The position numbers and the translations under genes were made by a program. The notes under the pieces are model-generated. The model saw nothing but the letters and a program-made list of their open reading frames with translations, was not told the origin of the DNA and ran no database searches. This document shows, in pieces, positions 54,485-64,000 of a stretch of DNA of 64,000 nucleotides. The DNA is from the human T2T-CHM13v2.0 reference genome, Homo sapiens, in the NCBI RefSeq assembly GCF_009914755.1, contig NC_060929.1; one strand, given 5' to 3'. The stretch's first letter is position 1. Each line of letters begins with the position of its first letter.

Positions 54485-55448
54485 TCAGGCATATGAAAAG
54501 GTGCTCAGCATCACTGATATTAGAGAAGTCCAAATCAACACCACAATGAGATGTCATCTCACCCCCGTTAAAATGGCTTTTATCCAAAAGACAGATGATA
54601 ACAAAAGCTGGAGAGGATGTGGAAGGCAATAACAAACACTGGAGAGGGTGTGGAGAATAGGGAACCCTCCTACATTGTTGGTGGGAATGAAAATTAGTAC
54701 AACAACTAAAGAGGACAATTTGGAGATTCCTCAAAAAACTAGAGCTACCATATGATCTAACAATCTCACTGCTGGGTATATACTTGAAAGAATGAAACTC
54801 AATAGATTGAAGAGATATATTTGCTGTCATATTTACTGCAGCACTGTTCACAATAGTCATTATTTGGGAGCATCCTGTGTCTATCAACAGATAAATGGAC
54901 AAAGAAAATGTGGTACATATACACAATGGAGTAGTATTCAGCCATAAAAAAGAATGAGATCCTGTCACTAGCGAAAGCATGGATGGAGCTGGAGGTCATT
55001 ATGTTAAGGGAAATAAATCAGCCACAGAAAGACAAACTTCACATGTTCTCACTTATTTGTGGGGGCTAAAAAAAATCAAAACAGTTGAACTTCTGGAGAT
55101 AAGGATAGAATAATGGTTACCAGAGGCTGGGGAGGGTAGTTGGGGCTAAGGGAGAAGTAGGGATGGTAAACGGCATCAAAAAATAGTTAGAAAGAATGAA
55201 TACAACCTAGAATTTGACAGAACAACAGGATGACTATAGTTAATAATAATTTAATTGTACATCTTAAAATAACTAAAGGAGTACAATTAGATTGTAATAC
55301 AAAGGATAAATGTATGAGGTTATGGATATCCCATTTTCCAAAATGTGATGATTACACGTTGCATGCCTATATCAAAGTATCTTCTCAAGTACCCCATAAA
55401 TATATACATCTACAATGTATCCACAAAAATTAAAAGTAAAAAAAAAAA
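54485..55448 (+). mobile_element. L1MA 3' fragment (ORF2 end, 3'UTR, poly-A)
   Basis: 'atatgaaaaggtgctcagcatcactgat', 'tacacaatggagtagtattcagccataaaaagaatgagatcctgtca', A-tail at 55432-55448. Confidence 0.92.
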
Positions 55449-58153
55449 TTGCTGTAGGTCCCTTATCTTATGTTTTTTCTTTTATGTAAATATGATCCTC
55501 TCAATTATTGTATAATATTGGGTCCTGTGCTTTCCATTTAACATGATATGAAACTATATGTATTGTTAAAATTCTAAAACAGCTTTTTGTATGTATAATT
55601 TCACATACACATTGCTATACATGTATATATATTCTTTATAAATATGTGGATTATTTTGTCAATATAATGCTATTGTGAGCACTTAGTATTTTTCCAGTGT
55701 TTTGCTGTTCTATATAAAAATACACTAAATGTTTTTCCAAATAAAAGTTTTTCTAAACTTGGCATCATTTTCTTATTTTAGAATATAAGGAATTTAATTC
55801 CTGCCTAAAAGGTCATGTGAGAATTGTTGAGGTTTTGATATATAAGGCTAAATTTCATATTTGGACTTTGATTTAAAACTTGATAGATTTTTGATTTTCC
55901 ATTAATGGAATCATATCTCACTGAACTTCTGATTAGGAGAGTGAAAACCTTGTAAAGTTTTTCTTTCTTTTTACATGCCAGTGCCCCCAACGTGAGCACA
56001 CACAGACACATATATATTACAAAATAGACAAGAAAATGTTTTGCATAAAAGTATCTAGTATCTTTCTTTCTTGAAGGAAATGTAAATGACAATGTTGAAA
56101 TACATAGTACTTATTGGCAATGTAACCTCTTGAGTGTTAGCAGAGAAGGCAGAAAAGTTACCCCACCATCTTGTTTTTCAGATGTTCTCTGGCACCACCA
56201 TTCTTATCTTCTCAGTACCTATTCTCTTTCTTCCCTCCATACTCGCTCCTCTCATCTCCAATCCATCGCCATTACCACACTGGCTTTGAAACATCACTAA
56301 AGCATTTTTAAGGAATACAATTCAAAATGGTACAATAATTTACATCGTCTGCATTAACATAGTGAGTCTCTCTATTTTTTGGTAATCTATTTTATTAGGT
56401 CTTTATGAAGGTTAAACTAGATAACACACATTAAATATTTGATAGAGTGCCTAATGAATGTTCAACAAAGCATTAAGTTTCTTTTCTCCTCATGTTATTA
56501 ATAAACTGACAGAGCAGTGATATAACACTAGAAAGCTTATAAGGTGTCTATAATTAATGTCCAATACATATTAAAAGTACACGAGCTGGGGTAAAAAAAG
56601 TCCTAAAGTTTGGGAGAATCTTCCTCAGGGAGACAAGTGCTATCACTAAACACATAGCTATCTAGGGACATGCATCCATTTCTTTTCTGCTAACATTCTG
56701 AAGAATTTTTCTGGGGTAGGCATGACTACAAGAGTTATCAGAGGATATAATATTTTTAGTGTTTGGAATCAAGCAAAAAAAGTAGATTTTAATATAGATT
56801 GTTGTCCCTGTACTTCTATTTTTCTGTCTTTTTTAACACAATTTTTTTTTGTATAACTTAGTGGCACCAGTATGAATTAAGTGCCCAAAACCTCGGAAGT
56901 ATTAAAAATAACTTATGATCGGGATTTATTTAAAATATAAAACTGACTTAATTGTACTAATATTTTAATGACACATGTATTTGTGAGTATTTCAAAACAA
57001 TCCATTTAAAAACAAAAAGTGTTGCTTATGTGAGGAAAGAGATTTAGCTAGCCAGCATAGCACAGGCATGATGAGATGGCCTGTAGTCTGTTGGAAACAG
57101 TGCTATCTCCTCACCTTTAAAAAGACAGCATTGGATGGCAAGTCTTTAAGAAAACTTTGTTTCTCCGTCGTGAAATCCGTAACATCTATACCAAATTTAC
57201 AATATTTCTTTCTGCATTAATCATATAGAAAGACAATCATCAACAGGATATTTTAAAAATTTTATAAGAAAATTATTACTGGCATTAACCCTATATCATC
57301 ACACATTACACCCTCACCTTCAGACAATGGAAATGTAATTAAAAGTAGATTGGGTTAATGTACTAATATTCTGAATAAAATTAAATCCTACCAATTAAAG
57401 ACAACAGAATAAAATATTTTGAATATTTCAGCAGATATATTTGAAAAATATTCTACCCCTAACAAAATTAGTTTGCACTACTAATACATATTATTATAGG
57501 CCAGATCAGGCTGTTCTCTCCTGCTAATGCGTCAAATAATTACACTTTTTATAACGAAGGAAATGGGGTGTGCTCTCTAAAGGTCTCTACATAATCATCT
57601 CCCTTCAGAACAAGCCCAAAGTTTTGAATCTTGAAGAATACAGTCTTGAGGAATACAAGACAATCTATCATTTATAGATTCTAGGACAGATGGATAAGGC
57701 TAACTTTTTTGGCCTTTGTCTTAAACACATGATGGGTCTCTTTTTTCTTAAATCTATATGAGTATACTGTCACAGGTATGTATTAAAGCAAATTTTATTT
57801 GGTTTATATGTACTTTTTAAACATGTCTCCTCTGACCACAATGATTCTATTCTTCCCTACATATTGCCTTAGCTGGGCCCCCAGAATCTTCTCTCCATCT
57901 TCCTGTCCTTTTTCCTTATGCACACCCCATTCCAGAATAAGAATGTAAGTGCTATTTCAATCAATATTTATTTCCTTACCAGGAATTAATTTTCAAGGGA
58001 ACAATTACTATTGCATTACTCTTGTCATCTATTGGTTTTGCCCAAATGTTATTCTAATTATTTCCCCAAAAAAAGAACCTTACATACAATATATTCTACC
58101 CTCAAGGAGTAAACACTTGAAAAAAGAAAGACAAAAAACCTTGTATATATAAT

Positions 58154-58596
58154 TGTGTCCAGAGTTTCTTCCTTCCAGTGGGTTCGTGGTCTCCCTGACT
58201 TCAAGAATGAAGCCGCCGACCTTCGCGGTGAGTGTTACAGCTCTCAAAGGTGGCACATGGAACCAAACAGTGAGCAGCAGCAAGATTTATGGTGAAGAGC
58301 GAAAGAACAAAGCTCCCACAGCATGGAAGGTAACCCAAGCGGGTTGCAGCTACTGGCAGGGGTGGCCAGCTTTTATTCTCTTATTTGTCCCCACCCACAT
58401 CCTGCTGATTGGTCCATTTTACAGAGTGCTGATTGGTCCATTTTACAAACCTCTAGCTAGCTACAGAGCACTGATTGGTGAGTTTTACAATCCTAGCTAC
58501 AGAGTGCTGAGTGGCGCGTTTTACAATCCTCTTGTAAGACAGAAAAATTCTCCAAGTACCCACCCAGCCCAGAAGTCCAGCTGGCTTCACCTCTCA
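58154..58596 (-). mobile_element. LTR12-family (ERV9; short LTR12F-like) solo LTR
   Basis: TG...CA termini; 4-bp TSD 'taat' at 58150-58153 and 58597-58600; repeated 'ctgattggt' units; 'gacttcaagaatgaagccg..gaccttcgcggtgagtgttacagctct'. Confidence 0.92.
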
Positions 58597-58764
58597 TAAT
58601 GACCATAAAAATTGAAGGTGCTTTTAGTTTTTGCTTTACAGAGAATATGTTTCTCGTCATCAAATATGTAGAGAAAAATAATCATGTGTTACAATGAAAT
58701 GTAATGAGAAAAATGTAATAAAAAAACCTGGCATTCAGCTGCTGACCTTAAAAAATAGGATTAC

Positions 58765-58798
58765 ATTGCTTCTCAGCCTTTCGGCTAAGATCAAGTGT
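58765..58798 (+). pseudogene. RNU2: 3'-truncated (tailless) U2 snRNA retropseudogene, nt 1-34
   Basis: ATTGCTTCTCAGCCTTTCGGCTAAGATCAAGTGT matches U2 1-34 at 31/34; TSD 'aaaaataggattac' at 58751-58764 and 58800-58813. Confidence 0.93.
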
Positions 58799-59374
58799 GA
58801 AAAATAGGATTACATATTTGGTCCCTAGTTTTGCAGTCAAGGGAATTAATTTCGGAGAAAAATGTTGAGTTTCTTTCTTTTTTTTTAAATTTAGTTTCGA
58901 GGTTGGAAGACTCATGTCACATAATGATTTTAATACCTAAAATATTTTTGTTTACAATTTTGGTATTTTGCAGCAAGTTAAAATACCAAAGAGAAAGTAA
59001 ATGATATAGTAGAAATGTCTTCTGGTCCAGAGTGAATTAGAAGTTTTGAAGAATAGAGATGCTGAGACAAAAGAGTTGGCCTGACTGTCTCTTGTTGAAG
59101 ATTGAGAGAGGGGAAGGAGGGTTCAGTAAGGTACATGAAGAGGGGAGAGCAAGGCACAGTCATGTCAACATGGCAGATCTTTGTGATTCTGTAGCAAGAA
59201 CTCTTGAGCTTAGCTAGTATAAAATAGACAAGACCAAGAACCAGATGACAATATGTCTAGGGAGTCTGCTGGAGGAAATATGGTAAATTGAATTATTGCT
59301 CCCAATACCTCACTAGCTTCTCTCATAGAAGTATACATTTAAGGCCTTTAACATGTAAATTTCTAGTGCTTCTG

Positions 59375-59760
59375 ACCAGAGTATGAGGATTATACACCCC
59401 TCCACCCGACCACCATACACTGATTTTGGTTTGGACGTATGTCTTTCTTTGGCCAGTGTGCTCTAGGTAGAAGTGGCAGTGTGCCAGTTTTGAGCCATGG
59501 CCTTAAGAGACATTGCATATTTCTGGTGGTCCCTCTTGCTCTTTTGGTCTCCATTATGAGAAGATCACAACCTGGGTAGCAATGACTCTGAATACTAAGC
59601 ATATGAAAAAACCCGAATCAGACCCTCAGCCGAAAGCAGAGCCACCTAAGCCAAACCACAAACCTATGACCCACAACAAAAATAAATGTCTTTGTATGAC
59701 ATTGATATTTGGGGGACATTTTTGCGTGTGCAGAATTATCACAGGAGAAATCTGATGATA
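59375..59760 (+). mobile_element. MLT1H/I-type MaLR LTR
   Basis: 'gtagaagtggcagtgtgccagttttgagccatggccttaagag', 'aaataaatg' near 3' end. Confidence 0.7.
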
Positions 59761-60227
59761 TAGGGAGGGAGTCAGCAGAAGGACCTTGCTGTGGGATGGC
59801 TCTCCTTCCAGGGCTACAGATCAGACTCTCCAAGCTCAAATAAGAGAATTGTACTAACTGCAGCATAAGCCTAGATGAGGCCCATCAGTAGAGGAATACT
59901 CCCTATTCCCAATGATACTAAGAGATCAGATTAGGTTATGTCATCAGTCTTCCTTCTCCAGGCCAGCTGGGCAAACAGTACCTATGTGGACAAAAAATAT
60001 AACCTTAGAAATCAGAGGGGACAGTGAACATTTCATCCAAGGGCCTGACACTTCCTTGCTTCCATGAGTTCTCAGGCATTTCTGCTACACCTAGAATTCA
60101 TCTTCCAAGAAGAAAATTGAAATGAGGAGGCTGAGAAACAGAAATAATTATTCAAGAAAGAATAAACAGTTCTTAAATAGACAATGTATATCGTCACTCA
60201 GTTTGGGCTTTAAAAATCAGCTGTTTA

Positions 60228-60520
60228 GGCTGGGCACGGTGGGTCATGCCTGTAATCCCAGCACTTTGGGAGGCCTAGGAGGGCAGATCACGAGGTCAGG
60301 AGTTCAAGACCAGCCTGGCCAAGATGGTGAAATCCCATCTCCACTAAAAATACAAAAATTAGCCAGGCATGGTGGTGGGTGCCTGTAATCCCAGCTACTT
60401 GGGAGGCTGAGGCAGGAAATTGCTTGAACCCGGTAGGTGGAGGTTGCAGTGAGCCGAGAATGCACCACTGCACTCCAGCCTGGGAGACAGAGCGAGACTC
60501 CGTCTAAAAAAAAAAAAAAA
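60228..60520 (+). mobile_element. Full-length AluS
   Basis: 'ggctgggcacggtggg...gatcacgaggtcaggagttcaagacc...' to poly-A. Confidence 0.97.
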
Positions 60521-61383
60521 TACCGTTTTAATTCCTTGTTTGCTTGTTTGTTTTCCCCTGATAACTAAACATTAGGGGCTTAGGAGAAAGACTAGACTGG
60601 TTCCGGGAAAAACAAAGATGCTTTTCTCTATTAATCAAGTACTAAATTGAATTACAACTAGTTAAAATGGTTTTTTAAGGTTTCAAGGAGGAAGTAGGAT
60701 ATATAAGCAGAATTATGAAAGAATAGGAAAAGATAAATTGTGGTGAAAGATGGGTGGTGTGGGTCTCCATTTTGTTTCCCTCTATCCACATTTGGTGCTT
60801 CCATGTACCCTGTGGTTGTTTGTGAAGAAGGAAAATCACTCAAAGGAAACAAAGATAGTTTCACAGTTCAGTTCTTTCTGGTATTTTTATTTTTATATTT
60901 TTTAACTTTTGTGCTTATCTAAAAAGAGTGAAGTAAGAGCATGCCAAACGGTGTAATTTCGTTTTAACTTAAGATTTCTGTATGTTTTTAAATACCACTT
61001 TTCTAAATAAACTGTTACCATGAAGTTTAAAAGGCAAAGAAAACACAAGCATTGTAACCTTATTAATTGTTGCAAAATCACTACCGATGGAAACTTTTGT
61101 ACTTAGAGTACTATTCTGCTAAGTAAATCAAGTAATTCAGCTGTTGCTCTTCTTATTATTTTCATTTACTTTGAATCACAGAGGATATTGATAGGCTTTT
61201 AAGTTCATAAAATGTGCACACTGATGAATATAAATAGCTATTTCTTAAAAATTGCATCTCTGGCCATTTTTTTAAATCAACAAATATCTGCTTATGGATT
61301 GGGTTTGGCTGTGGATCTAGTCCATAATTCCATAATTTTGGTTCTTGCATATTACTGATGCTTGGTCTGTTACTTTTTGTATT

Positions 61384-61751
61384 TGTTATGGACTGAATGT
61401 TTGTGTCCTCCCCAAAATTCATATATTCAAATCTGAACTCCCAATGTGATGATATCATGAGGTAGGTCCTTTTGGAGGTAATTGCACCATGAGCGGAAAG
61501 CTTTCATGAATTTGACCAGTGCCCTTATAAGATGAGACAGGAGAGAGATGATTTTTTTTTTTCTCTAGGCCATGTGAGAACAAAACAAAAAAAATAGCCA
61601 TTTCAAAAGAGGTAGAGTGTCCTCACCAGACACTGGATCTTTTGAAGCTTTGATCTTGGACTCCCCAGCCTCCATAACTGTGAGAAGTAAATGCTGTTTA
61701 AGCTACCCAATCTGTGGTGTCTCGATATGGCAGCCTAATCAGACTAACACA
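61384..61751 (+). mobile_element. MLT1A/MSTD-type solo LTR
   Basis: 'tgttatggactgaatgtttgtgtcctcccaaaattcatat' to 'atggcagcctaatcagactaacaca'. Confidence 0.85.
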
Positions 61752-63892
61752 ATAATCAAATAACATATTATCTTAATTTGTCACAAATATCTACCATAGG
61801 CAATTAATTTTTTTGTGTTCCTATTGATTACAAAACCAATAAAACATAAAGAAATAAATTTATTAACTGAATCTCAGTATGATTGATTTCCAGTCCATCT
61901 CTGTTGACTTTAAAAAAGTCACAATAGGGATTAACATATCTTTATTAAAAATGATCAATCTTAAAGTTTATTCTCCTTTTAAGTGTTTAGATTTTACCTC
62001 TTGAAATGCTTTCTGCAATTCAGTGAAATATTTTTATTCAGATCGTAGCGACATTAGCAGTTTGAACCAGATTAGAAATACAAGTGACGCCTGTGAGGGA
62101 AGATGCCTCAGAAGTTCTAAGATTCGAGATTGTGTACATTGATTTTTAGCAAAACATTTTTACTACTTTTGTCTTTGAAAAACTTAATAGGTGAAAATCC
62201 TGCACATTACATATAATCATTGATGTTATAGCACTACTATACATGATACTGCAGTGGTTTACAAAACTATCCCTGCAGAAAGGACTTGAGAGATAAAGCT
62301 ATTTATTTTTAGTTCTTCAATAAACATTTTAAAGCAGGAGTCTTGAAAATATTAACATATTTTCTGGCTCTGATTTGCCAAGATACAGTATCATATCAAG
62401 ATTTCATTTTATTATTTAGAATTACATTTCTAAATTAATTAATTGAATACTTTGCTGGAATAGATAAGTGACCTTTATGTCCTTTGGTTTTTGTAAAAAA
62501 AAAAATTACATTTCTACTTGAAAATAACATATATAAAACACACATTTTTAAATACAAAATCACCACTCCTAAGCAGTAGGATTAAGGTAAGACCAATAAT
62601 ATAACTTCACATAGTTCTTTCTGAATTTAGCCTTCCATTGAAATGCATATGTACCATAAATCTCTGTGATCAGTTGCTGTATTTATTATATCAGCATAGT
62701 ATTCTAAAACTTTCCATTTCTCTTGAAGAAATTGGCCTCCAGCCTTTCTGGTTTCCATTTACTTATTCATTTTCATACAACAGAGACAATCTGGTGGTTC
62801 CATCTATTGGGCCTTAGTTTCTCCATGAAGAAACAGAATACCCCTCCCCTGAAAAAGTTCTGTTAGATACTTCTCTGAGGGAACACTGCTACAGGTGATA
62901 AATATGAACTGTACCCTTGTTTTGAGGTTAATGTTTTTCAAATGCATTGTTAGGTTATTTTCAAAATGTTGTCACTAAATTAACATCTTTAATTTGGAGC
63001 TGATACAAAATCAAACTAAATAATGCAGAATTTTCAAAAACCATTTTAGATTTTGCCAGTTTTTTACAGAATTGAGTAAAATTTCTTGTGTTAACCTATG
63101 AAAGGCTAACAAAAGTTAGCTACTGTAAATAACTTCATCACTATGAGCACTATTAAACATTCAAAACAAGTTCATGTTGTCTTATGGGTATGGTAATATC
63201 TGAAGTAAAGTGAAATATACCATGTGAAAATGAAAATGTTAAAAAAACCCAAACCACGAAAAATCTAAATACATCAACATATCAACAACTATGATTAAAC
63301 AAATAAATCAAAATTTTAATATGTGTTTTCTATCCAGGCTCTAAATTTTAATATAATAGTTTTAGTTTTCTTTGCATTCTTGTAAATCACACTCATTTTC
63401 AGTAATGCTGTTTTTTTGGTCTATTTCCGTAATATAATGTTCACGCTTTGGAGTTACCCTGAAATAAATACTCTTCAATTCTTTTAGAAATAAATATTCA
63501 AAGGCAAGTAAACGCATATGAACTCTCACACACACACAACTTATAGGTAGTAAAAGGAGTCAGAAATTCTGTCAGATGTCACAGGTTTGTTAATGGAAGA
63601 AGATGTGGGAGTTATTGTATCTTGGCATCTAGATGGCATTCCTTTGACTATTCTTCGGTTTATTTGCACCATCATTTCACCTATTTTCTGTTCATGCAAC
63701 ATAGGGCATCTTAAATATTATTTCTATACTATTTCTTTAACATATCTAATCTTAAGGAACAGTTTAATAGTTGTATTATAAATGTCAACATCTTTAAAAA
63801 TTTCAACTATTATGTATTCTGATAGACGCATTCTCATTATTGCACACATCAAAATGAATTTAGGAAGTTTAATTTCTTTAAGATTTAGTGTT

Positions 63893-63916
63893 TGTGTGTG
63901 TGTGTGTGTGTGTGTG
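63893..63916. repeat. (TG)12 microsatellite
   Basis: Direct reading. Confidence 0.97.
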
Positions 63917-64000
63917 CATACATATGTATAAATACACACAGAGACGTTCCTGTGAAATATAGTATCGAATGGGTGAGATCCGTTTAGAAATCTCATGCAT

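Noticed and set aside
54462-54980. Longest ORF (172 aa, minus strand)
   Set aside because: Antisense to the L1MA ORF2 remnant
58153-58599. 148-aa ORF
   Set aside because: Coincides with the antisense strand of the LTR12 solo LTR and starts at a non-ATG codon
58765-58798. Functional U2 snRNA gene
   Set aside because: Only 34 nt of a ~190-nt RNA; no Sm site, snRNA promoter or 3' box; flanked by a TSD

Overview
AT-rich, CpG-poor primate (human-like) nuclear DNA, judged from AluY/AluS/AluJ, L1PA, THE1/MST and LTR12 elements. It is intergenic or deep-intronic. I find no credible protein-coding gene: the listed ORFs are short and derive from Alu/L1/LTR sequence or chance. Best-supported non-routine features: (1) a 5'-truncated processed pseudogene of PCBP2 (minus strand, ~9417-10434) copied from a doubly exon-skipped, proximally polyadenylated mRNA; (2) a 34-nt tailless U2 snRNA retrocopy with a 14-16 bp TSD (58765-58798); (3) a twin-primed, 5'-inverted L1PA (27043-27490); (4) an orphan ERVL-type pol fragment (46720-47765); (5) solo LTRs with TSDs (THE1/MST, LTR12); (6) a 19-bp perfect inverted repeat around an A/T spacer (19493-19641). 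Several repeat-free, homeobox-motif-rich blocks look like conserved enhancers, and one holds a candidate 13-nt microexon (41531-41543). I see no convincing new multi-gene system. Repeat subfamily calls come from remembered consensus sequences, and boundaries of old repeats are approximate.
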